Assembly (NCBI RefSeq): GCF_964204865.1
Contig: NC_135262.1
Coordinates: forward strand, 11,718,001-11,782,000
Length of the DNA stretch: 64,000 nucleotides
Reading direction: 5' to 3'
From: Styela clava
Taxonomy: Eukaryota
The notes under the pieces were generated by a model. The model saw only the letters and a program-made list of their open reading frames with translations. It made no database searches and was not told the DNA's origin. The translations under genes and the position numbers were made by a program. Below are positions 29,201 to 38,592 of this stretch, piece after piece; position 1 is the first letter of the stretch; every line of letters begins with the position of its first letter.

Positions 29201-32200
29201 AGTCCAGTAAAAGTGCGTGCCATCTTCCAAAATCTTGAAAATTGAACAATTTGAAATAATACAGTGAAAACGATATAAATTGGTCTACAGAAGAACCCAC
29301 CAAGCAATTAAGCTTAAGAAATTTAGCTATATCAGGAGGGAAAGCTGATATAATGCCTTAATAATCTGGTGAACAACGTTCTCTGACCAGCAGTGACATG
29401 AAGCACAGTACATCGGCGAGGAATACAGCAATCCTTTCATACATAATTCTAACATACATACATGTATTCATGAATAATTCCCACAGGATTCGAACCCATG
29501 AAGGCTAACCAGAGATGCAATGGCAAGCATATTCGAAACAATTAGCCTGATGCGCTAACCACATAACCATAATTTAGTTATCCCGCCTACCTGATATGTC
29601 CTGTTCCACTAGAACAAAGCTGGCCTTCTTGTTCCGGAGCAAATTTAACTCTGAAAATATCTTGTGAAAATGCCTGTAGAAGTAGAATGAAACGTCAAAT
29701 CTTTTTTTTCCAAAAAATCAACAAAAACAACTTTCTTTATATTACAAAATATAAGTATCTTATCTTATCATCGCAAGTTATACATGTTGGGTTCATATCT
29801 CATGGGGACTCAGGGTGTAATAAATAAGGTAGAAAATGTCGAATTGGGAAGGTGCCGGCACTTTCAAAAATGGTAACTTTTTATATATCATAAGATATCA
29901 GCAGATGCTTGTACAGGACTTAGTTTGAAGCAAAGACCCAAATGACCATAAAAAATAAAAAATTTATGATTAAGATTCATGTGAGAAAAACTGAACATAG
30001 ACAATGCCTGCCATATACTAATGAAAACACCCAAAAAAAACACAACAACACCGATGTGTGTAAAGTAAACTAGGTAGATTGATTTCATTTTTGAAATAAG
30101 GTATATCTGGGAAAAGATGGCATATTTGAATAATTACCTTCGTACGCAACATAATTTTTTCATTTATCCAATCCCACACAGTAAGCATGAAATCTGGTGC
30201 ACAACCAACTGATGCCAGAAGATTTCCATTTGGATTGAAGTCAACAAATGAATAAGCTCTTTCTGTTCCCTCTGTTGAGAAAAAAAAACAAAAGGATAAG
30301 ACAAGTATTACAATTTTTATCCCAAGGGAGAGCAATGTCAATAAGACAGCTATATTATTATAGTCCATTTACAAATACAAGAATAGTTGACAAGTTATTT
30401 GTTTCAGATACATGAAGATGAACTTGATGGTGGACGAAGACATAAACAAGCAGCGGTTATGTAAAACACCCTACGTTGGTGAGAGGTCCAGACAGGTAGA
30501 GGTACCGGTAAGATCGGGTCTAAAAATTCCAGCCCGGCCTGACCCAGGCCCTGGTATGAAACCCGACCCGAGCCCAAGTAAATAACTGGATTTGCAGGCC
30601 TGAACACGAAGCAAACCTGAAATTTCATATTTTATTTAGGTGTTCTTTGAATTGTCACTGCAAGAGTTAGTACAGTATGTGTCGTGTTGATGAGGCAACT
30701 TCTGTTTTTTTGCAAGACATGGTCTCTCCTGGCCAAAACAAGGCCGAAACGCCTCATTTGAAAAAAAAGTCAGCGATAAAGAAGTCCGACCTGACTCGAA
30801 CGTAATGATTGACATTTCAGGCCCGAAATTCGGGTCGGGCTTTCTATCTTAGCTCTACAGTCAAGGGCATAGCCAGAAGAGGGGAGGCTAAAAAAAAAAA
30901 AATGCATATTTCCTTATCATAGATAGCAATTTAGCGTTGCACGAAACACTTTCATACCCTCTTGGAAACTCAAGTTTTCCGGCCTCCAGACAGACACGCT
31001 AGCTGTTAGGGTCTAACTTGGCACCTAGAAATTTCAGAAACCCCTTTCGGAAATTCCTGGCCTCGCCCCTGGGTCCAGAAATAGTAGCTTTTTACATCTT
31101 CTTAGATATCTGTGGCTATTTGGGAGCAGAAGACATGATTAATATAAGTATAAATATATTTTACCTTGCAAAATCCTGAACAACTTGAGTGATGGAAATT
31201 CATAAATCAAAATATGAGGTTTTTGTCCTTTCTCAGCAACAGCAAAATGAGTCAGCTCAGGATGAACCTTAATAATAGGAATAACATGATATTATAAAAA
31301 AAAAATATTTTGGTAATGAAATAAATTGACTAAATGCTGTTTGATTGAAAGTTTGAATTTATTTTTTAGGAAATCTTTCTCAAAGGCAATGCGAACTCAG
31401 TCAGAAAATAAGGAAATTGGTCTCTAAGCGAAATTACAGTCTGTGTGTGATGGAGATCTACTGAGACTATAAGAAATTATAGTGTAGATGTACTCGTTGG
31501 TAAATTGATGCATAACTTGAAGCTCTTCCTGTCAATATGATCTGGAAAACAGCTATGAGGTAGTGAATTCCACATAACTGAAGTTCTTGGTAAAAACTTC
31601 GGGCATAAATCTTTTTTGTCTGGTAGGTGGGTGAGGATGGTTTACAGCCAACCAAGGTTGACTATAAAGCTGACTGTAAGAGTCGAAGGTGGAAATCTGT
31701 CTGAATATAAGCTATTTGAATATTTTTATTGATTACTCACAGTTACAGCACCAATACCTCCTCCACTACTACTTCTCAAAAATTTGTGAGTATTCGCCGA
31801 TAGATCAAGCAGATGCACCTAAAAAATCAAATCAATAAATTTAATAGGTGCTCCCGAAGTATGCGAACCAAGATGGCGGACATCGGAACGTAACATGGAT
31901 AACAGGTTAGGGTTAGGCGATAATTTTTTTCCAATTTTCCTTATTTTAGTCCTATTATCAGTTCGAAGACTAGCCAAGAGCCTCCCGTAGTATTTATACC
32001 TAAAATTATGGCCTAACCCTAACCTAGTACACATATTACATTCCGATGTCCGCCATCTTGGTTCGCATACTTCGGAAGCCCCATTTAATATGATCTGCAC
32101 ATTTACTGTGGTAAATTTATAGAACTAAAATATAATAAGAGAATTACAGGAGTAAAAAAGGAAACATTTGCATATGCATTGAAGATACTGGGACCACAAA

Positions 32201-35200
32201 CCAAAACCTCAAAGAATTGATTAGCAAGATGGTCCAGTTATTGTTGTTGAAGGGTTGAACTTAATAATCATATTATGTAATTCAAAAGTCTTGCTCCACA
32301 CAAACACTAATTTATTTCAGCAACATTTCGTCTAATCAAAGTCAAAGCACAATTGCATTAATAAAGAAGGATATGGAGTTAGTGTAGCATAAACCCAACT
32401 GATATGACTCAACTATAATGGCCAGTGTAAAAATTCTCTATTTTAATGTGAGCCACCTCACCCAGGGTATAACAAATTGGGTTGGCAAAGCTGAACCAGA
32501 AAGATCCGGTCCTTTCAAAATGATTGTATATTTGTAGTAGCTTATAATCTTGCAAAGAGTAAAAGGTGTAGAAGTAAAAGGATGTACTATGATAGAACTT
32601 CTCAGCATCTAATCTCAACTAAAATCTCTCATATTATATACTGAATCTCAGCAGGTTTACATGTTATAGTGAAGTTAAATTTAGTTTTATTCATAACGAT
32701 CAATTTTAACGCAAGATGACCTAGTATTCTAAAGCATAACATTCAACTATGATGGAATCGTAGATTAAAATCTCGGGTTCAAATCCCATGCCCTGTCCTG
32801 GCTATAGTATTGTATTTCCTTACCTAAAAGCAGTTACTTGTGCAGAGTGAAAAGCGTATACATATGTCAAATAAAAACATATACTCAGTATTTCAGAGTT
32901 GCAATTGTAATCAGTAGATATGGTGTAAAAATGGCAGAGTTCCTTACGCATAAGGTGACTTCAGAATTATATTTAAACAATAAAGTTAAAACACTAAGAT
33001 TCTTACTAGATTTCCAGCAGCGAAGACAGCTGTTGGCCCAGGTAACAAACTTAAGTTGGATTTTTTCTTGCTATCATAACCAAATGAATGAAAAAGGTGT
33101 AAAATATTTTCAGGAATGCCAGATTCTGGAGAGACGTAACTTGTTGAAGCATATTCCTATATAAAATAAAATTTAAACGTTATTAGCTAGAAATATTATA
33201 TGCAGTATGATTGTATAAATGTGTTAAAATTCGAATGAGCAAGATTTCACAAATATAAAGTAGAAATTCAGAAAATGGGGATTATCAATATTAAAGAATA
33301 CATATAATTCTTTGCAATTTTCTGAGTCGATGCATCTGAAACGAATAACTTGCTAACTAATCCAAAACTGGATGTCGACTAGTAGCAGGGCATAAGGTCG
33401 TGGTACGCCATTAGATTAGGTCGTCTCATCGTCGTTTCTCTCTGATAAAAATGATAACTTATTGTTATTCTTAAATCAAATAGAGCAACGAGAAAGCCCT
33501 TGCATGTCCTTCAACCAAAACTGTTGAGTTAGTGTCTGGAGCGGGGGTTTAGAAATATTTTCAGATTATTAATGATGATAATTACCTCATAGTCATAGTA
33601 AAAATCTGATGGCTTCGAGTCATCTCCTTCTGAATAGAAAAAAAGTTGTTAATTACAACAATTTGGTTTTGAAATTCTACATAAAAAAACGTAAAAACTA
33701 AAATTTGAGCAAATTAAATTGTGAACAGTGATAGTATTAATTACGGTAGGTAAAGAAGTGCATTGAAAATTACTCAACAATGCAACTGAATTACTGGATT
33801 AGGCTTGGTGAAGCTTTTTGAATGCACAACAATTGCAAGCTTACATAAGTAGTAATAAATAATTAAATTTCAATACATTAAATTGTGTATTTAATAAATA
33901 CTATATTCAATATCAAACGAAACTTATGCATAGTTAATGACAAAAAAAAAACACATCATAACATGTTAAAAATTATTTGACTAACTACGTTATTTATATA
34001 GTTAAAATGGAAATGATCAACATAATTGAATAATATTAAGGGCAATAGCATGCAAATAACAAGTGTTACAATTAGTAACAACTAAATTATATTTAAAATT
34101 AGTACAACAGTTAGTTAACAATTAATGACAGTAATATGCATGTTGGAAAAAATGTATTCTACAATAGCCTTGAAAAATGAAAGAAAAAGATTGAAGGAGT
34201 ATGTAATAAGGAATAGGTAATGATTGTCGAAGGCCTACCAAAAATCAAGTGAATAGCAGCATGGTACATGAATTATAATGAGCAAACTAAATATTTCACC
34301 AAAATAAGAGATATTAGTAAAATTACATTGCGGTACAAGGTTGACCGAAAAAACTAACTTTTCCACTAACTGGAGATGTTAGTTAGTTAATGATTATTAC
34401 ATGTTTGCAATCTCATTACATAATTAATTAATAGAATAAAGTTATTACGATGATTATTCAAGCAAAACCACACTACAGCATGCAGTTTCAAATTCAGTCA
34501 TGCAAGTTTTACCAGCATTTTCTGTTGGTACGTCAAAAACAGGCGGTTCAATGTTTGCTTCGTCACTTTTTTCCACTGATTGTCCATTCTCTTCCTGTGC
34601 TTTTTTCTCTACTCCTGGTTTTCCATCCTCTTCTTCTGGTTTTCTATCCTTTTCCTCTGGTTTTCCATCCACTTCTTCTGGTTTTCCACCCTTTTCTTCT
34701 GGTTTTCCATCCTCTTCTTCTGGTTTTCCATCCTCTTCTTTTGGTTTTCCCTCCTCTTCTGTGTTTTTCTCTTCTTTTACAGCTTTATCTTTTTCAATTT
34801 GTTCTTCTTCCGCAGGTTGTGGTTTTTCTTCCTGTGCAGAAATCTTTTCGGACTCTTCCACAGGTTTTTCATCATTAACTTTATCTTCTTCATCTTCCTG
34901 ACTTGAATCTTTTTCTTTCTTAACTTCGGAAGCTTCTCCAGAGTCATTTTTTGAGATGTCGTCCTCTTTGGTTTCCACATCAGAAGAATCTTGTACATCA
35001 ATCTTCTCAACCACTTTCTCGTCATTTGCTTCCTCTTGATCAGTGGATGCCACTGTAGAATCAGGTTGTTCATCTTGTTTCACAGCTTCACTGACAATTT
35101 CAGACTTTTCAGCTTCTTTAACATCCTCATCTTTTGTGGATACTTCTTGTTTTTCTTCAGTTTTAGAAGAATTCTGCCCTTTATCTGGTTCTACCGCATC

Positions 35201-35644
35201 TTCAGGCTTCTCTGAACTCTGAATATCTGGTTGTGGAGAATCCTTTGACACAGTATTTTCATCCTCGTGTACACTTGGAAGTACATCAACATGATTCTCT
35301 GCACCTTCTTTTGCTTTATCCTCATCCACCTTTCCATCTTGTGTCTGGTCTTCAGTTTTTATTGAAACCTCGTTAGAATCTTCTGTAGTTTTCATCTCAT
35401 CATCTTCTGTAGTTTTTATCTCATCATCTTGCTTTACAGGAGATTCTTCTGGTATTGGGTTAGCATCACCAGAAGGAGAATCTTCTAATTTTTCAGATTC
35501 ACCTTCATCTTGTTGCTCAGTAGTTGGTGCTGGAACTTCAGTCTCTCCAGTAGGAGGGTCAGCGGAGTCTTCATTACCTGCAGCAGGAACAGTTACCACA
35601 TCATCTGTTTTAATCTCACCTGTTTGATCTTCATTCGAAGACAT
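8285..35644 (-). CDS. CFAP44: Cilia- and flagella-associated protein 44 (WDR52): WD40 repeats plus long C-terminal coiled coil, 37 coding exons, ~2127 aa
   Basis: Exons in transcript order: 34513-35644, 33586-33629, 33007-33156, 31741-31818, 31165-31267, 30138-30271, 29591-29673, 29062-29233, 27846-27953, 27217-27447, 25937-26134, 25381-25485, 24592-24774, 24001-24113, 23136-23260, 22566-22823, 21754-21936, 21369-21517, 20489-20704, 19755-19880, 18662-18884, 18231-18379, 17511-17699, 16618-16802, 15771-15888, 15010-15111, 14655-14839, 13601-13715, 12851-13034, 12339-12463, 12092-12268, 11530-11726, 10700-10802, 10153-10275, 9905-10039, 8927-9016, 8285-8377. All introns are GT-AG and the lengths sum to 6384 nt (2128 codons including the stop). 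Recognisable CFAP44 segments: [96 protein letters not shown], and the C-terminus [19 protein letters not shown]. Confidence 0.95.
9316..9774. mobile_element. hAT (Charlie-like) MITE
   Basis: Imperfect TIRs CATTGATTTCCAACC / GGTTGAAAATCTCTG, internal GTGTGCCGTG/GTGTTCCGTG motifs, 8-bp TSD TCCTAATG (9308-9315) / TCCTAGTG (9775-9782). Confidence 0.7.
12613..12850 (+). mobile_element. SINE family A copy whose tail abuts the donor of CFAP44 exon 29
   Basis: The body matches family A. The tail aatcctatcctaatatcctac ends exactly at the intron/exon boundary (12850/12851). Confidence 0.8.
13945..14441. mobile_element. Degenerate hAT-type MITE
   Basis: Left end CAGTGGTTGCAAACCTGCAGCCCGCGGG; right end GTTGGAAACTACTA. 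TSD not clear. Confidence 0.45.
16126..16326. mobile_element. Non-autonomous Penelope-like/retrozyme-like repeat: two partial copies in inverted arrangement
   Basis: ttctattcaattcaagagtcttgct (from ~16126) is the reverse complement of agcaagactc...ttgaattgaatagaa (16221-16263). The same family occurs at ~21980-22078 (+), ~32275-32345 (-) and ~37598-37758 (-). Confidence 0.6.
16172..16213 (-). ncRNA. Minimal type I hammerhead ribozyme motif within a dispersed repeat, in CFAP44 intron 24
   Basis: The minus strand reads UUGU-CUGAAGA-A-GUCUAACC-UC-GGUCAGAC-GAAA-CG-UU-ACAG. This gives the CUGANGA core, a stem II hairpin, GAAA, palindromic AACGUU in place of stem III, an NUH site, and stem I UUGU/ACAG. 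Confidence 0.7.
19215..19590 (+). mobile_element. Probable LINE (CR1/L2-like) 3' end remnant
   Basis: T-rich tract, a GC-rich stem-loop-like stretch, then AAATAAAC followed by a (GATT)n tail at ~19568-19590. Confidence 0.35.
20009..20325 (-). mobile_element. SINE family A, near full-length copy in CFAP44 intron 19
   Basis: Runs from the gataggattt tail through ...aacgcttggaatgatgcg (the head, reverse complemented). Confidence 0.8.
21980..22078 (+). mobile_element. Partial copy (3' part, no ribozyme) of the hammerhead-associated repeat
   Basis: gcagcaagactcttgaattaaatagaa...gctacagcgttcttgcgttgtatgcgtatggatccatttgcacaaaa aligns by eye with 16221-16326. Confidence 0.65.
22908..23075. repeat. 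Diverged tandem duplication (~97-bp period, 2 units) in CFAP44 intron 15
   Basis: tgtaacttcacttggagatgtgtc...tgagtgagt...ttgctttgagc recurs as tgtaactttgctcagagatgagtc...tgagtgagt...ttgctctgagc. Confidence 0.65.
24790..25345. repeat. Degenerate low-complexity ATGAGT/GTGAGT repeat tract in CFAP44 intron 12
   Basis: Dozens of (A/G)TGA(GT) words with strong strand asymmetry (G/A/T-rich on +). The overlapping His/Tyr/Ser-rich ORFs are by-products. Confidence 0.8.
28223..28519. mobile_element. hAT MITE (CAGGGCTACTCAAC TIR family)
   Basis: TIRs CAGGGCTATTCA / TTGAGTAGCCCTG; perfect 8-bp TSD TCCTAGGT at 28215-28222 and 28520-28527. A sister copy lies at 52075-52367 in the opposite orientation. Confidence 0.85.
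30493..31071. mobile_element. Nested MITEs: outer CAGGGGC(A/G)TAGCCAG...CTGGCCTCGCCCCTG element with an inner TAGAG...CTCTA element (30497-30857)
   Basis: Outer TSD GGTCCAGA at 30485-30492 and 31072-31079. Inner TSD CAGACAGG / CAGTCAAG (6/8 match); the inner element has CCCGA/TCGGG subterminal repeats. Confidence 0.7.
31847..32082. mobile_element. Foldback MITE with ~80-bp TIRs, GG...CC termini and 8-bp TSD
   Basis: GGTGCTCCCGAAGTATGCGAACCAAGATGGCGGACATCGGAA... / ...TTCCGATGTCCGCCATCTTGGTTCGCATACTTCGGAAGCCCC; TSD ATTTAATA at 31839-31846 and 32083-32090. Confidence 0.9.
34513..35644 (-). CDS. CFAP44: CFAP44 first coding exon: large acidic, low-complexity (E/D/K-rich) N-terminal region
   Basis: Part of the 396-aa ORF 34454-35644. 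A donor (GCTG|gtaaaa) after 34513 joins in phase 1 to the 44-nt exon 33586-33629. An acceptor-like tttctttctcaaaag| lies 6 nt upstream of the ATG. Confidence 0.85.
34616..34760 (-). repeat. Coding tandem repeat, 21-bp unit x ~7 (EEEDGKP-like heptad)
   Basis: The + strand repeats tggttttccatcctcttcttc. The protein reads [48 protein letters not shown]. Confidence 0.9.
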
Positions 35645-37176
35645 CGTACTCTTTTGAGAAAGAAATATTCAGTGCTGCATGGATATGAAGTTGTGAAGAA
35701 AACAAAAAATGTACTATGAATATTAATTAATAACTGAAACAAAATCCTTATTTTAAAAGGTAAAAGCTTCAAATTCTTAGATTTAGGTCATGCAAGTGGC
35801 ATAAAATTGAATAATTTTGGTCAGTGATCCCAAATTAACTCTTGTGTACAAGCAATAATATAGAAATACCACTACCAGCTGAGTTGGTAATTAGATGAAG
35901 GTATAGTCCATAATGGTTAACTATATATGTTTAAACAGTATTGACTGCTTCACAGTTTACACTGAGATAGTATTTTGAGATGATTTTTAAATACGACTAC
36001 TACAAAATTCTAAACTATTTTAAATAATGTATTAAATAGTTTGAGTACACATATATTGAATGTTTGTAACCTGTGGTTATTAACTAGATATAAGTATAAG
36101 TTGATTTCAAGAAGCTTCTTAAACATTAGATAATTAGGTACATCAAAACAAAACCCATAAATTTCTTAATTGCTTCTACGAAAATGAAGGAAATTCATTT
36201 AACACTTAAAATGCTTCAAATGACATGGGTTCTGTTTTTTGGGTCCACCTTTATGCCTTGTCCCCACTAGCTGTTTTGTCTTGGCAAGTACAAATTGCAG
36301 GAACCCCACCTTCAAAAATTTTTGGTCTGCCCATGCACCTGGCATTCATATCAATAAAGGCTCTATTCCACTTCAGAAAATAGTCAATTAGTATTTATAT
36401 ATTTTCAGTTCTACATTGTAAAATCTTCTTCCTATATTAAGGTAATATGTGTCCTCAACTCATATATATTACCCACACATCAGTTGCTTCTTAGTGTATT
36501 TGATTCAAATAATTTATTGAAAAAATGAAATGATGTCATTTGTGAACAAAATGCATAAGATTTGTAAGTTACCACTATTAATTTCTATAGTTCATACACA
36601 CGAAAGATAATACACTCTCGTTTTATTGTTGTGTTATTTTGGTATTCCATTGTTTATAAGCCAAGGATGATATCTAGTTTACAACATTTGTAAGGTTTTT
36701 CATCCTTCTAGCTTTCTTTTTTTTTTATTTTAGAGTCATTAATTTGGCAGTATTTGTCATTTCCATCACAGAGTAGTGTCAAAAGTAGAATAGTAGGTTA
36801 GACCTTAGTACTGGTATTAGTAGTAGTATTTTTTTCATATATTCATTTGTTTTTGTCTGTTTTTTTCGCCCAAATCGGTAATGGCTGAATGTTGCAGTCA
36901 AATTCTATTAGAAAATAGAAAATGAAAAAAATAGAAAGCGTCAAAATCTTTTCAAGACTATAACTTATGCAAAATGTCAACATGATTCAACCACTCCGCC
37001 AGGCCGAAAAGGAAATGCAAAATTATTCCGACTATACATCTTAGTCTGATATATGTACAGTTACATTATTGCAGTCATAGAAACTGCCTGCGAATTTGCA
37101 CACTAAGGCAAAGACATTGTACTGCAATATCAATAAACTGAACACAACACACGGGAAACTTTACTGCGAGGTGAGT

Positions 37177-37190
37177 GTGACCATGGAAAC
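37177..37190. promoter_or_regulatory. Candidate RFX X-box upstream of CFAP44
   Basis: GTGACCATGGAAAC fits the GTNRCC-AT-RGNAAC X-box form and lies ~1.5 kb upstream of the CFAP44 ATG, in sequence with no repeat that I could recognise. Confidence 0.5.
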
Positions 37191-37597
37191 GAAAACTCAA
37201 ACATGAAGCGTTTTCTCGACCTTTGATCCCAAATATTAAACTTCAAGCTAAGGATGGAATTTCGAAGCCAGCTTTTTACAGTATCAGGATATCCCGGGAC
37301 TGATCCGTATAATCCTGGGATTTTTCGGATTAAGTAAAAGATTGAAACAACTTGCATGGCAATAAAATCATGTATTTGTATTTATTTCATGTAATACAGA
37401 CGCAGAAATGTTAGAGCAGTGGTTCTTAACTTTTTCTTTTTTTATATATATATTTTACCCCTTCAGCAAATTTGGCTACGAGATTTACCCCCAAATACAG
37501 ACATTGGTGATCATTTATTAAAAATTTGTCAAGCAAAGTATAAAGATGTGGTATCGATTGGGTTTCTACAATACTACCAGTAACAACTTCTACGTCT

Positions 37598-37758
37598 TCT
37601 ATTCTTTTGCGCCGGTGGATCGGTATGCATATAATGCAAGGATGCTGTAGCAAGAATGAAGATAACTATTCTAAGTGATTCGAAAGTCTTGCTGCGCACT
37701 AACACAAATATATTACTGTAACGTTTTGTCTGACCAAGGTCAGACTTCCCCTGCAGAC
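37598..37758 (-). mobile_element. Longer copy of the hammerhead-associated repeat with a mutated core
   Basis: Contiguous match to both halves of the 16.1-16.3 kb repeat. Stem II is perfect (GTCTGACC-TT-GGTCAGAC), but the core reads CUGCAGGGGAA and C-AAAA in place of C-GAAA. Confidence 0.65.
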
Positions 37759-38292
37759 ATACATAGTTCAACATTGAGTTGTGCTTTAAATTTTGGTTCT
37801 AGGAAAATTCACCGCAGAAAATTCTCGCCGCATAGAAAAATTAGCGCATGAAAAATCGCTTATTTAAAAAAGATCCGTTATTTAAAGAGCATACCCTAAC
37901 CCTATAAACCTAAATGTTTTTATCACATATACTTGTTTTACCGTAAATATATACTAGCCTACTACGTTTTACAATACTTGTTTTGGTTTTGCTCGCCGTT
38001 CCATATTACGCTCTTATTGGACACGTCCGTGTACATAACGATCGTTCTAATATCATGTTGTTGTTCTTGATATTTGTCTCCTTCGTCGTGATAAATTTGC
38101 ATTCTTCTTCGAATACTGGACCAATTGGATAGGATAGGATTTACATATTTACCCCGGGGGAGTGGAAAGCCAATAGGACGGTTCATTCATATGGCGAACC
38201 ACGTCCTCTCGTCCCGTTACCTGTCCAGGTCGGGTATGGGATTAGTTAGCCAGTTATTGGACACGTAGTGGACATAGCGATCGTTTCAATAT

Positions 38293-38592
38293 TAGGATAG
38301 TATTTACATATTTCTTCCGGGGGAGAGGAAAGCCGATAAGACGGCTTAATCATATGGCGGACCACGGCCTCTCGTCCGGTCACCAATCCAGGTCGGGTAT
38401 GGGATTAGTTAGCAAGTTATTTGTTTTCGGAAGCATGGACTTGATGGTGGAGGAAGCCGTAACCGACCAGCGGTTACGTGAACCACCCTACGGCGGCGAG
38501 GAGTCCAGCAATCCTCTCGCACATCATAATTCGAACCTGCGAACTCACGCAAGGTAATCAGAGATGCGGTGGCAAGCGTATTCCCAACGCCA
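38293..38592 (-). mobile_element. tRNA-derived SINE family A, best-preserved copy (~300-330 bp consensus, (CCTAT)n tail)
   Basis: The sense consensus starts GGCGCATCGTGCTAAGCGTTAGGAATACGC, contains a B-box GGTTCGAATCC and ends TAAATCCTATCCTATCC. Other copies by eye: ~12613-12850(+), 17940-18200(-), 18395-18575(-), 20009-20325(-), 21565-21725(-), 24200-24345(+), 24357-24487(-), 26866-27135(-), 29330-29555(-), 30390-30492(-), 38128-38260(-), 38840-38960(-), 51868-52400(+), 52718-52870(-), 54251-54537(-), 55345-55645(-). Confidence 0.85.

Noticed and set aside
34450-35215. Long Phe/Ser/Leu-rich ORFs on the + strand and in alternative frames
   Set aside because: Antisense or frame shadows of the repetitive acidic CFAP44 exon.
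38480-38592. tRNA-like A/B boxes
   Set aside because: They are SINE heads; no complete cloverleaf, and each is followed by the same SINE body.
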